From Nakamurella sp. (lineage in GTDB: Bacteria; Actinomycetota; Actinomycetes; Mycobacteriales; Nakamurellaceae), in contig JAFIHI010000091.1 of NCBI GenBank assembly GCA_017848755.1, forward strand, positions 350 to 64,349: a stretch of DNA of 64,000 nt. Reading direction: 5' to 3'. Numbering within the stretch: the first letter of the stretch is position 1; each line of letters opens with the position of its first letter. Below, in pieces: positions 40,670 through 50,035 of this stretch. The position numbers were made by a program, and so were the translations under genes. The notes beneath the pieces are model-generated. The model was not told where the DNA came from and did not search any database. It was given only the letters and a program-made list of their open reading frames with translations.

Positions 40670-41314
40670 ATGCGGTACTTCACCTCGGACACCCATTTCG
40701 GGCACCAGAACATCATCCGTTACTGCGCCCGGCCGTATGACGATGTCGATCGCATGAACGACGACCTGGTGGAGCGTGCGTCGAGCCTGCTCGCCGACGG
40801 CGACATGCTGTGGCACCTCGGCGATGTCGCTCTCGGAGCGCTGGACCTGACGCTCCCGCATCTGGGCCGGATCCCCGCGGCTGTGACGCTGGTGGCCGGC
40901 AACCACGACCGCTGCCACCCGTGTAACGGCGCTCGCGGCGCGCGGTTCGTCGAGGTGTACCGGGAGCGGTGCCGGCTGAGCAACCTGATCTTGACCAATA
41001 CCACGCTGACGCTCTCCACCGGCGCCACAGTCAATATCTCGCATTTCCCCTATGCCGACCCGGCTCTCGACGGACACGAAGACCGGCATGGCGAGGTGAT
41101 CCGCGACCGCTTCGCCCCGTGGCGACCCACCGACGACGGCTCCTGGCTGCTGTGCGGGCACGTGCACGGCGGCTGGCGGCAGCGCGGCCGGATGATCAAC
41201 GTCGGTGTGGACGCGTGGGGCGGCAACCCGGTCTCCGAGGGTGCGATCGGTGAGCTGATCGCCGCGGGCGAGCGCGACCTCCCCGTTCTGCCGTGGGTAC
41301 CCGCGCGGATCTGA
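40670..41314 (+). CDS. Calcineurin-like metallophosphoesterase
   Basis: FTSDTHFGH, HLGD, AGNHD, SHFPY, CGHVH, INVGVD. Confidence 0.88.
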   Translation: MRYFTSDTHFGHQNIIRYCARPYDDVDRMNDDLVERASSLLADGDMLWHLGDVALGALDLTLPHLGRIPAAVTLVAGNHDRCHPCNGARGARFVEVYRERCRLSNLILTNTTLTLSTGATVNISHFPYADPALDGHEDRHGEVIRDRFAPWRPTDDGSWLLCGHVHGGWRQRGRMINVGVDAWGGNPVSEGAIGELIAAGERDLPVLPWVPARI

Positions 41315-41670
41315 CCAAGCCCTCGACCTGGTCGATGGAGGACCGAACCGTAGGTCGATCGGCCTCACCCGTCACCGAACGAGCCGGACCCGAATGGGAG
41401 GTCACGATCTGCCCATACCCGGTCGGCGGTGAGCCCTTCGGGGCGCGGGTGCGCACAGTTCAGCGAGACAACACCGATCGCCGAGCGGGAGGCTCTTGCC
41501 GCCTGGCAGAGTGCGCACTCTTGAGCATCTGCTCAGCCCCGCTCTCCCGTACTCGACGAACTCGGGTTGATCGGCGTCATCATGCAACGCGCCGCGGCGG
41601 GCCGGGAACCGATCGCGTGCCAGCGAGGCAGAGCCTTAATGTTGCTCAGAGTAGACAGTTATCAGCGCTC

Positions 41671-41699
41671 GGTAACGCTACGCGGGTCTGCGGCGATGT
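41671..41699 (+). promoter_or_regulatory. Predicted ECF (ShbA-type) promoter GGTAAC-N17-CGATGT
   Basis: Same GTAAC/CGAT elements and 17-nt spacing as the site at 43079. Confidence 0.5.
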
Positions 41700-41737
41700 A
41701 CCTGATGTCAGCGGACTCTTCCGTGGGGTGAAGAGGT

Positions 41738-42397
41738 ATGGCGAGGGAGCTAGGTGAGGCAGTGAGCATGCAGGCGATTTTGACAGCTGAAGCAGAAGAC
41801 TACCTGTCGGAAACCGGCGCCGGCCGGGGCGGCGCTCGATGGCGAGCGCCGGCCGTCACCGGATTGCACGACCGCCGCCACGCCACCGTGAAGACCGGCT
41901 CGCAACCCCACAACCACCCCCAAGGCAGCGGAGCGTCGAAGGGCGGCTTCGCCCGCGCTCTCGGTGCGCGCCTGCGGGAGGCGCGACGCCAGCGGGGACT
42001 GACGCTGCAGAACGTGGAGAGCGGATCTGCTGGCGCGTTCACCAGCGTGACCCTCAGTTCCTACGAGCGCGGTGATCGCACCATGAGCGTGGCGCGGTTG
42101 GTCGACTTGGCCGCCTTCTATGGCGTGCCGCCGGCCGAACTCCTCCCGTCGGGAGGTTCCCATGCCGCGTCATCTACGTCCATCGTCAGCGTCGACCTGC
42201 TCCGAGTGGCGAAACTGCCGCCGTATCAAGCGGGCCCCTTGCTCGAGGCCGCACGCGCATCGACCATGCGGGGCGGCACCAAGTTCACGCTCGGTGGCGA
42301 GCGGCTGGCGCGCGTCGCCAGAGCCTATGGGCTACCCGTCGACCAGGTTGTCGATCTGCTGGACTCGTGGGGTGTGTTCGGTCCCGCCGGTGCCTGA
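41738..42397 (+). CDS. BldD-like XRE regulator (divergent paralogue)
   Basis: FARALGARLR..R..GLTLQNVE...SSYERGDR.MSV.RL.DLA.FYGVP.AELLP, then AGPL and C-terminal SWGV, aligning by eye with BldD. Start uncertain. Confidence 0.8.
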   Translation: MARELGEAVSMQAILTAEAEDYLSETGAGRGGARWRAPAVTGLHDRRHATVKTGSQPHNHPQGSGASKGGFARALGARLREARRQRGLTLQNVESGSAGAFTSVTLSSYERGDRTMSVARLVDLAAFYGVPPAELLPSGGSHAASSTSIVSVDLLRVAKLPPYQAGPLLEAARASTMRGGTKFTLGGERLARVARAYGLPVDQVVDLLDSWGVFGPAGA

Positions 42398-42462
42398 CAG
42401 CTCCCTGGGCGTGGCCGCGCGGTCGAAATGGGACGGCGCGGCCGGCGGCCGACAACCGATCA

Positions 42463-42486
42463 CACCGTCACAGGCGTGTGACGGTG
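42463..42486. promoter_or_regulatory. Perfect 10-bp inverted repeat (operator or terminator)
   Basis: CACCGTCACA-GGCG-TGTGACGGTG between the BldD-like and sigma genes. Confidence 0.55.
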
Positions 42487-42542
42487 AGATCGTGTATGGG
42501 CCAGCGATACCGTCGCCGCGAGTTGGTGATGATGGAGAAATC

Positions 42543-43109
42543 ATGGCCGAACTCGATGATGTGATCTCCCGCGCCCGCAGCGGTGACGAGGCAGCATTCG
42601 TCATGTTGTTCCGCACCTATCAACCCCTGCTGCTGCGTTTTCTGCGGGGGGTGGCGCGTGACGTGTGTGACGATCTCGCGAGCGAAGTGTGGCTGGATGT
42701 CGTTCGGGGCTTAAGGACATTCACCGGTGACGAATCCGGATTCCGCGGGTGGTTATTCACCATCGCGCGTCGGCGGGTCATCGACCTGCGGCGCGCGCGT
42801 AGCCGCCGCCCCGAGGTTCTTTCGGCGGAGCCATCGGACGACACGGTCGCACCGGACGCGGGGTGGGAAGCAGACCAGGCTTTCAGCACCGACAGGGCCA
42901 TCGCCCTGATCTCCGAATTACCGACTGAGCAGGCCGAGGTGGTGCTGCTGCGTGTCGTGGCAGGACTCGATGTGCCGGCAGTGGCGGCGATCGTCGGCCG
43001 GCGTTCGGCAACGGTCCGAGTGCAGTCGCACCGGGGTCTGCGCCGTCTCGCCGAAATCCTCGCAGAGCGCGATACGGCCGTAACGGAACCGACGTCGCCG
43101 ACGATCTGA
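42543..43109 (+). CDS. ECF sigma factor, ShbA-like
   Basis: ARSGDEAAF, DLASEVWL, FRGWLFTIARRRVID, LPTEQAEVVLLRVVAGLD, VRVQSHRGLRRL. Confidence 0.88.
   Translation: MAELDDVISRARSGDEAAFVMLFRTYQPLLLRFLRGVARDVCDDLASEVWLDVVRGLRTFTGDESGFRGWLFTIARRRVIDLRRARSRRPEVLSAEPSDDTVAPDAGWEADQAFSTDRAIALISELPTEQAEVVLLRVVAGLDVPAVAAIVGRRSATVRVQSHRGLRRLAEILAERDTAVTEPTSPTI
43079..43107 (+). promoter_or_regulatory. Predicted ECF promoter CGTAAC-N17-CGATCT inside the sigma 3' end
   Basis: Lies 10 nt before the ATG of the next gene; matches the 41671 site. Confidence 0.5.
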
Positions 43110-43117
43110 AGGATGTC

Positions 43118-44026
43118 ATGAACACATCGAAACGGCCCCGCCGAAACGCTCAGGGACTTGATCAAATCACCGCCGAGCGCATGTTCGTCGGACTGGCGGC
43201 GGATGATGCTCCGCCGGATTATGCGGCTGTCGCCGCAGTTCTCGCAGCAGCCGCCGCACCGGCCGATGAATCGTCGACGGCACCCGGCGAATACGCGGCC
43301 GTACGCGCCTACCACGATGCGATCTACGCGACGGTCCCGGCCCGCTCAGCACGGCGATTCCAGCCCTGGCGCACTGCCGCGGGACGGATTACGGTCTTCG
43401 CCACCGCCGGCGCCCTCGCCATGGGTGGGGGCGGCGCTGCCGCGGCGACCGGCTCGCTTCCGGCTCCGGCGCAGCGGGTCGCGCACCAGATCCTGGGTGG
43501 CCTCGGCGTGCCAGCGGTCACACCGGATGCCATTCCGGCGAATCTCGATCATCACCGAGGGGACGCGGACGGGACCAAGGTGCCCGGCGTAACCGTCCGT
43601 CAATCGACGCGCACCTCGGAAGCCTCGACTACCGAGTTGATTCCCGCCGAATCACCTGCGCCTGCGCCTGCAACGCCGGCGACGACCGACGCGGACGACC
43701 ACGGCAAGGCTGTTTCGTCCATCGCAAAATCCGCCGATCCGGGTCCGGAGCACGGTGCGGAGGTGTGCGCCGTCGCGTCCGACGGTGCCTGCAAGACCCG
43801 GGACCGAGGCGAATCGCACTCCGCCGATGAGCACCGGAGCGATGACGGCACCAAGCACTCAGCGCACAAGCACCGGAGCGATGACGGCACCGAGCACTCG
43901 GCGCACAAGCACCGGAGCGACACCGGCACCGAACACTCAGCGAAGGACCACCCGACCGACAACGGCGATGCGCACAGCAATGGGAGCGATGACGGCACTC
44001 CGAAACAGGGAGCGACCGGGCATTGA
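43118..44026 (+). CDS. Membrane protein / putative anti-sigma with His-rich repetitive tail
   Basis: TM segment ITVFATAGALAMGGGGAAAATGSLPAPAQRVAH; C-terminal HRSDDGTxHSAHK repeats. Confidence 0.7.
   Translation: MNTSKRPRRNAQGLDQITAERMFVGLAADDAPPDYAAVAAVLAAAAAPADESSTAPGEYAAVRAYHDAIYATVPARSARRFQPWRTAAGRITVFATAGALAMGGGGAAAATGSLPAPAQRVAHQILGGLGVPAVTPDAIPANLDHHRGDADGTKVPGVTVRQSTRTSEASTTELIPAESPAPAPATPATTDADDHGKAVSSIAKSADPGPEHGAEVCAVASDGACKTRDRGESHSADEHRSDDGTKHSAHKHRSDDGTEHSAHKHRSDTGTEHSAKDHPTDNGDAHSNGSDDGTPKQGATGH
43831..43947 (+). repeat. 39-bp coding tandem repeat x3
   Basis: Units start GCACCGGAGCGA at 43831, 43870 and 43909. Confidence 0.9.
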
Positions 44027-44274
44027 GTTCCGCCGCAGAGCCTCCCAGCGGGTCGGCAGGTGCCAGGGTGGCTGCGTCTCTATAGAGCCGAGAAGTTTTT
44101 CCACTGGGTGTAGGGCACGGACCAGTCCCAGATGTAGTCGGCTTGTGTCATGGGGACGCCGGTGTCTTCGACGTCGACCGGCACGCCACCATGTTGTACT
44201 TCTCCGTACAGTGGGGCAGGCCGATGCGTAGCCCGTTGGCGACGTACCGGACTGGGCTGCTGAGCGGCTGACCG

Positions 44275-44976
44275 TCAGATCTCCTGCGGCGCTCCCACGA
44301 CGTCGTAGCGCACTTCGAGCGCGCGGCCCAGGACTGGATCGGTTAGCCGACAGCGCCACGACGACGCGCCGGCAACGATGTCGCCGCCGATGGTCCCCGA
44401 CAGGATCACGGTGCCGATCGGCGGAGGCGATCCCACCCGATGCGTGAGCTCGGCGATGAGATCATCGGGTCGCAGCAACTCTGCCACCGATCCGTGCTGG
44501 ACACGCTGCCAGGCGGAACCGTCCCCGGCGAGACGTCGGCACTCTGCGGTCAGCGTGAGCTCGTCCCAGCGCTCGCGGACTTCGTCATGCATCCATACCG
44601 CACCGCTGACCACGTCGGGGTACATGATCTTGGCGTACGCGGTTGATATGGATTCGACGGTGAACTCAGAGTGGTCGGAGGCGGCCGCGACGAGCCATCC
44701 GGCGTCGGTGCGGATGAGCGCGAACTCGACCTCCCCGTAGGACGTGCTGCCGGCGACTGTCACCTTGGAAGCGGTGGTGACCGCGCCCGGCAGCATCACA
44801 TAGATCGATGGGACGCGGGTCGGCGGCGTCAGCCCCAGGTGGACCAGTTCGTCGATGTGTGCCTGGACGGTTTCGTGGGTGCGGCCGGCGTAGCCGAAGT
44901 TGTAGGCGCCGGTGACGTCACAGTCGCACGACCGCTTGGTGCCGTCTCGGTGATCGATAGTCAGCCGCATCGTCAC
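44275..44976 (-). CDS. DUF2848 family protein (FAH-like fold)
   Basis: NFGYAGRTHETVQAHIDEL..LG..PP..VPSIY, SYGEVEF, ASDHSE. Confidence 0.8.
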   Translation of the reverse strand: MTMRLTIDHRDGTKRSCDCDVTGAYNFGYAGRTHETVQAHIDELVHLGLTPPTRVPSIYVMLPGAVTTASKVTVAGSTSYGEVEFALIRTDAGWLVAAASDHSEFTVESISTAYAKIMYPDVVSGAVWMHDEVRERWDELTLTAECRRLAGDGSAWQRVQHGSVAELLRPDDLIAELTHRVGSPPPIGTVILSGTIGGDIVAGASSWRCRLTDPVLGRALEVRYDVVGAPQEI

Positions 44977-46067
44977 GCGATCGCCTCAGCTCCCGGCTCG
45001 CGCGAGAGCGCTTCGACGACAGCCGTGCCCATCTGCGCGGTGGATGCGGCGCCGCCAAGGTCGGGCGTGCGGACCGCGGCCTCGGCGAGAACCGTTTCGA
45101 TGGCCCGCTCGACGGCGTCGGCGGCATCGGCTTCGCCGAGATGCCGCAGCATCATGGCGCCCGCCTGGATCTGCGCGATGGGGTTGGCGATGCCCTGCCC
45201 GGCGATGTCCGGCGCGGACCCGTGGATCGACTCGAACATCGACGGGCCGGTGTGCTCCGGGTTGAGATTGCCGGACGCCGCCAGGCCGAGGCCGCCGACG
45301 AGCGCGGCGGCCAGGTCGCTGAGGATGTCGCCGAACAGGTTGGAGGCGACGATGACGTCCAGGCTGCCCGGCGCGGTGACCATGCGTGCGGCTAGCGCGT
45401 CGACGTGGTAGCGCCTGAGCTCGATGTCCGGGTAGCCGGCTGCGACCTCGTCGACGATTTCGTCCCAGTACGGCATCGTGTGAATGATGCCGTTGGATTT
45501 CGTTGCCGACGCGACCCGACCGGACCGGCTGCGTGCCAGCTCGAATGCGTAGCGCGCGATGCGTTCCACGCCGTGCCTGCTGAAGCGTGCGACCTGCGTG
45601 GCGTATTCGTCCGCGGCGCCCACATCGTGCCGCCCGCCCTCCGTCGAATACTCGCCCTCGGAGTTCTCCCGCACGATCACCATGTCGAGATCCGCTGCGT
45701 CGATATCCCGCAGCGGCCCGGTCACGCCGGGCAGCAGGCGGGCCGGACGAAGGTTGACGTACTGGTCGAACGCGCGACGGATCGGGATCAGCAGGCCCCA
45801 CAGCGAGACGTGGTCGGGCACGGACGGGTAGCCGACCGCGCCGAGGAGGATCGCGTCGAATGGGCGCAGCTGATCGATGCCGTCGTCGGGCATCATGGCA
45901 CCGGTCTCGGCGAAACGTGCGCAGCTCCAGTCGAAGTCGGTCCAGCGAACGGAGAATCCGAACCGGTCGGCCGCCTCGTCGAGGACGCGGATCGCCTGGT
46001 CGCACACCTCCGGCCCGATGCCGTCGCCTCCGATCGTCGCAACCGCGTAGCCGCGGGGAGCCGTCAT
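44973..46067 (-). CDS. Tartrate dehydrogenase / D-malate dehydrogenase (decarboxylating)
   Basis: GGDGIGPEV, VPDHVSLWGLLIPIRRAFDQYVNLRP, ATKSNGIIHTMPYWD, SNLFGDILSDL, MFESIHGSAPDIAG. Confidence 0.9.
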   Translation of the reverse strand: MTAPRGYAVATIGGDGIGPEVCDQAIRVLDEAADRFGFSVRWTDFDWSCARFAETGAMMPDDGIDQLRPFDAILLGAVGYPSVPDHVSLWGLLIPIRRAFDQYVNLRPARLLPGVTGPLRDIDAADLDMVIVRENSEGEYSTEGGRHDVGAADEYATQVARFSRHGVERIARYAFELARSRSGRVASATKSNGIIHTMPYWDEIVDEVAAGYPDIELRRYHVDALAARMVTAPGSLDVIVASNLFGDILSDLAAALVGGLGLAASGNLNPEHTGPSMFESIHGSAPDIAGQGIANPIAQIQAGAMMLRHLGEADAADAVERAIETVLAEAAVRTPDLGGAASTAQMGTAVVEALSREPGAEAIA

Positions 46068-46570
46068 GGCTGCTCGGCCCGCGCGAACGTGAGCGTCTCG
46101 CCCCGCACGCCGCCCATCCACAGATCCTGCGCGGCGGCCGCCATCGCATCGAGGCCGACCACCACCGTCGCGAACACGTTGCCGGGCACCCATCCCTGAT
46201 CGCCGTTGATCAGCAGATTGTTGCGCCCGTAGAACAGGGCGAGATCGACCACGGCGCTTTCGTTGGCCGCGCCCTGCCCCTCGGCGTAGCCGTAGCCGGG
46301 GTTGGCGAGGTCGTCATCCGAGAACGAGAACCAGCACAGGTCGCCCGGGATCGGCGTGATGGTGGTGTTCTCGGATCCGGGGCTTTTCGGCGCGAAAACC
46401 GGTAGCAGTGCGTAGATCTCGTTGCGCGCGTATTTTGCGTGGTACACCTGGCCCGACAGCGGCAGCGCATCCCAGACCGCCGCGGCGGTACGCGGCGCTG
46501 CGTCATCGAGGAGTCGTGCGATGCATTGCACGCCATGGCTTTCCAACGTGATCGAGATGAACCTTGCCAC
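46064..46570 (-). CDS. DUF3830 family protein
   Basis: APRTAAAVWDALP...YHAKYARNEIY, ENTTITPIPGD, DLALFYGRNNLL. Confidence 0.85.
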   Translation of the reverse strand: MARFISITLESHGVQCIARLLDDAAPRTAAAVWDALPLSGQVYHAKYARNEIYALLPVFAPKSPGSENTTITPIPGDLCWFSFSDDDLANPGYGYAEGQGAANESAVVDLALFYGRNNLLINGDQGWVPGNVFATVVVGLDAMAAAAQDLWMGGVRGETLTFARAEQP

Positions 46571-46622
46571 TTCTTCCTGCCTTTCGTCGTGCTCGCGCCT
46601 GCCACAGATATGACGCGTCCCG

Positions 46623-48035
46623 CTACCAAGCGAGCAGCGTCGGGCGGCGGCGATGCCAATCAGTGCGCTGTTCGAATGCACGTGCCACCCGCAGCACCAG
46701 CCGATCGCCGTGCCGGGGGCCGACGATCTGCAGCCCGATGGGCCGGCCGTCGGCGGTGATGCCGCACGGCACGCTGGCGGCGGGCTGCTGCGTCATGTTG
46801 AACGGGTAGGTGTACGGCGTCCAGCTGGTCCACCATTCGGAGGTGGACCCGGCGGGGGTGTCACGGCCGACCTCGAACGCCGGGATCGGCAGCGTCGGGG
46901 TGATCAGGACGTCGTATCGCTGGTGGAACGCGCCCATCGTCTGGCCGAGCGACATCCGGACGGCGACCGCGTCCAGATAGTCGCCGGCGGTGAAGGCCTT
47001 CCCGAGTTCGGCGCAACGGCGCAGCAGCGGATCGATCGCGTCGAGATCCGACTCGGCGTAGTGCTCGAGCACCTTCGCCGCCCCGGCGAACCACAACACG
47101 TGGAAGGCCTCGGTCGGGTCGCCGAACCCCGGATCCGTCTCGGTGACATCCGCGCCGGCCTCGCCGAGAACCGCGACGGCAGAACGGACCGCGCGATCGA
47201 CCTCGGCGTCGTTCGCGGCGTATCCGAGATCCGGTGAGAAGCCGATCCGCACGCCTACGACACCAGACTCGATGCCGTCGAGAAAGGAGCCGCTGGGGGT
47301 CGGCATGGCCGACCAGTCCCGAGGGTCGAATCCGACGAGCAAGTCGAGCATGGCCGCCGCATCGGTCACCGACCGCGTCATCGGGCCCGCATGGGCGAGG
47401 GTTCCGAACGGGCTCGCGGGATAGTGCGGGACCAGCCCGTAGGTGGGCTTGAGCGCGGTGGTGCCGGTGAACGCCGCGGGAATTCGCACGGAGCCGCCGC
47501 CGTCGGTGCCGACGGACCAGGTCCCCATGCCCAGGCCCACGGCCGTCGCCGACCCTCCGCTCGAGCCGCCCGAGGTGAGCCCGGCCCCCCACGGGTTCCC
47601 GGTGGCGCCGAAGCGGCGGGAATCCGTGACGCCCTTCCAGGCGAATTCCGGCGTGGTCGTCTTGCCGATGAACACGCATCCCGCCTCGCGCAGCCGGGCG
47701 ACCGACGGCGCGTCCTCGGTCCAGGGGCCTGCGGCGTCGACCAGCGCCGAGCCGCGCAGCGTCGGCCACCCCTTGGTCAGGAGGATGTCCTTGACCGGTG
47801 TGGGCACGCCGTCGAACTCGCTGCGTGGGGCGCCGCCGCGCCAGCGCTGCTCTGCGTCGCGCGCCGCTGCGAGGGCGGCGGCCCGGTCGACGAATACGAA
47901 GGCGTGCACGTCGCCGTCGTGTGCCGCAACCGCGTCGAGCGCAGCGGTGACCGCTTCGACGGGCGAGACCTCACCGCGCGCGAAGGCGTCGGAAAGCTCC
48001 GTGGCCGAGGCCAGGGAAAGATCGGTGATCGTCAT
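46623..48035 (-). CDS. Amidase (amidase-signature family)
   Basis: GVPTPVKD, GKTTTPEF, GGSSGGS, GTDGGGSVRIPA, PFNMTQQPA. Confidence 0.92.
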   Translation of the reverse strand: MTITDLSLASATELSDAFARGEVSPVEAVTAALDAVAAHDGDVHAFVFVDRAAALAAARDAEQRWRGGAPRSEFDGVPTPVKDILLTKGWPTLRGSALVDAAGPWTEDAPSVARLREAGCVFIGKTTTPEFAWKGVTDSRRFGATGNPWGAGLTSGGSSGGSATAVGLGMGTWSVGTDGGGSVRIPAAFTGTTALKPTYGLVPHYPASPFGTLAHAGPMTRSVTDAAAMLDLLVGFDPRDWSAMPTPSGSFLDGIESGVVGVRIGFSPDLGYAANDAEVDRAVRSAVAVLGEAGADVTETDPGFGDPTEAFHVLWFAGAAKVLEHYAESDLDAIDPLLRRCAELGKAFTAGDYLDAVAVRMSLGQTMGAFHQRYDVLITPTLPIPAFEVGRDTPAGSTSEWWTSWTPYTYPFNMTQQPAASVPCGITADGRPIGLQIVGPRHGDRLVLRVARAFEQRTDWHRRRPTLLAW

Positions 48036-49030
48036 AGGCGCTCCTTGACGGCCGGCGGTACGAACCCCAGCCGCTTATCGACGATGTTGGCGAGCGGCCG
48101 CCCGGCGAGCCAACGTTCAGCGTTGTCGACGAACTGCGCGGCGAGCGTGTCCCACCAGCCGGTGAAATCCGCGCACATGTGCGGGGAGATGACGATGTTC
48201 GGCTCCGACCACATCGGGTCCGACGCAGGCAGAGGCTCCGTCTGGAACACGTCGAGCGTGGCCAGGCCTAGGTGGCCCGAACGGATGGCGACGAGCAGCG
48301 CGGTCTCATCGACGATAGGGCCGCGCGCGATGTTGACCAGGTGGGCTCCAGGTTTCATCGCCGCGATCACCTCGGCGTCGATGAGGCTGCGGGTGGCGTC
48401 GGTGAGCGGTGCGGCAACGACGACGTGGTCGGCCCAGCCGACGTGCGCGACAAGGTCGCTGCTCGCAATGATCTCGGAGAAATCGGGGTCGTCGGAGCGC
48501 GCGACCCGCGCGGCGCCGCGGACCCGGGCACCTAACATCGCTAGCACTCGGCCGATCTCTCGACCGATCTCGCCGGTGCCGACGACGAGCACGTTTTGCG
48601 TGGCGAGCGTCTCGGTCTCGCGGTGCTCCCAATGGCGGCGGGACTGCATCTCCCGCGAGAGGTGCAACTGTTTGAGCTTCGCGAGGATGGACGCCAGCAC
48701 GAACTCGGCGATGGGGCGGTCGAACACGCCGCGCGCGTTCGTCACGGTGACGGGCGAGCCCGCCAGATCGTCGAACAGCAGGGTGTCGACGCCCGCGGCC
48801 GCGACGTGGATCCACTCGAGCGAAGCGGCGCGATCCCACACGTCACGCACCGCGGACGAGAAGAAGTCCCAGAGGAACAGCACCTGCGCGCCGTCGACGG
48901 CGTCGGCCAGCTCGTCCGCCGTCGCCCAGCGCACGTCCATCCGATCGGTGATCCGTGCGAGGTCCGGCCGGGACTGCCCCGGTTTGCACAGCACGGCAAG
49001 AATGGGTCGCGCGGCGGTAGCGGTGGTCAC
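48032..49030 (-). CDS. D-2-hydroxyacid dehydrogenase
   Basis: WIHVAAAGVD, TNARGVFDRPIAEF, VVGTGEIG, VNIARG, LDVFQTEPL, ISPH. Confidence 0.9.
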   Translation of the reverse strand: MTTATAARPILAVLCKPGQSRPDLARITDRMDVRWATADELADAVDGAQVLFLWDFFSSAVRDVWDRAASLEWIHVAAAGVDTLLFDDLAGSPVTVTNARGVFDRPIAEFVLASILAKLKQLHLSREMQSRRHWEHRETETLATQNVLVVGTGEIGREIGRVLAMLGARVRGAARVARSDDPDFSEIIASSDLVAHVGWADHVVVAAPLTDATRSLIDAEVIAAMKPGAHLVNIARGPIVDETALLVAIRSGHLGLATLDVFQTEPLPASDPMWSEPNIVISPHMCADFTGWWDTLAAQFVDNAERWLAGRPLANIVDKRLGFVPPAVKERL

Positions 49031-49057
49031 TCCCGGAACTCTAATCGATATCGTAGT

Positions 49058-49069
49058 ATTGTCAACAAT
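49058..49069. promoter_or_regulatory. GntR-type operator ATTGTCAACAAT
   Basis: Palindrome between divergent genes; one of four copies. Confidence 0.8.
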
Positions 49070-49115
49070 CTGCGAACCGCTCGATTCGCGCTGCTCCCTG
49101 GATGACGAGGTTCCC

Positions 49116-49877
49116 ATGACCGACGCTCCTACCGCTCCACCGTCGCCCCGCGCGACGGACAATCTGCCCGACCTCTCGTTCGCCGGGATCGGGATCATCG
49201 CCCCGTACGATTTCGCACTCGATCGTGAGCTGTGGCGCTGGGCGCCGCCGGCCGCGAACCTGCACCTCACGCGGCTGCCCTGGGCTGCGCCGGAGGTCAC
49301 GATCGACATGGTGACATCGCTCGGCGACCCCGCCGAGCTGACGGCCGCCACCCGAGAGCTGACGACCGTCGGCCCTGCCGTCCTCGTCTACGCGTGCACG
49401 TCCGGCAGCTTTGTCGGTGGCATCGACGGCGAACACGCGCTGCGTCGGGTGATGACGGCCGCGGGCGCCCCGGCGGCGACGACGACGAGCGGCTGCATCG
49501 CCGAGGCGCTGGCGCATCTCGATGCGAACGCGGTCGCGATAGCTACGCCGTACACCCGCGACATCACCGAACGACTCGAGGCGTTCCTCGCCGCCCACGG
49601 CCACACCGTCGTCGGAGTCTCGGACCTTGGCATGCAGACCGAGATCTGGACGCTCGACTATCGCACGGTGGCGGATCTGGTCCGCCGCGCCGACCAGCCG
49701 AACGCCGACGCGGTCGTCATCTCCTGCACCAATGTGCCGAGTTACCACCTCATCGCGCCGCTGGAGGAGGAACTCGGGAAGCCGATCATCAGCGCGAACC
49801 AGGCGACGATGTGGGGGGCGCTCAAGGCGGCAGGCCTGTCGATCGTCGGTCCCGGTCAACGGCTCGTCGAGGCGTAG
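49116..49877 (+). CDS. Asp/Glu racemase - maleate isomerase family protein (EutA-like)
   Basis: GIGIIAPYDFALDRELWRW, YACTSGSF, ATPY, ISCTN, SANQATMW; both catalytic Cys present. Confidence 0.88.
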   Translation: MTDAPTAPPSPRATDNLPDLSFAGIGIIAPYDFALDRELWRWAPPAANLHLTRLPWAAPEVTIDMVTSLGDPAELTAATRELTTVGPAVLVYACTSGSFVGGIDGEHALRRVMTAAGAPAATTTSGCIAEALAHLDANAVAIATPYTRDITERLEAFLAAHGHTVVGVSDLGMQTEIWTLDYRTVADLVRRADQPNADAVVISCTNVPSYHLIAPLEEELGKPIISANQATMWGALKAAGLSIVGPGQRLVEA

Positions 49878-49999
49878 GCGTCGCCGCGCGGCCGGTGACC
49901 GCCCCGCCTCGATCGTGACACCGCGCCTGCGCGAGGCAGCGACGCGTGTGTGGCGCGCCTTGTCAGCCCACCATCCGAACATTTAGGCTCAATCCATTG

Positions 50000-50011
50000 A
50001 TTGTTGACAAT
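50000..50011. promoter_or_regulatory. GntR-type operator ATTGTTGACAAT
   Basis: Directly upstream of the ectoine hydrolase-like gene. Confidence 0.8.
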
Positions 50012-50035
50012 CTGCAACCGAAAGCAGGCTTCTCC

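Noticed and set aside
41315-41670. Canonical BldD box or small ORF upstream of the BldD-like gene
   Set aside because: No TNAC-N5-GTNA match was seen, and the short ORFs lack coding features.
47391-49115. Apparent 828-aa racemase fusion
   Set aside because: The upstream part is antisense to the amidase and dehydrogenase; an RBS and ATG are present at 49116.
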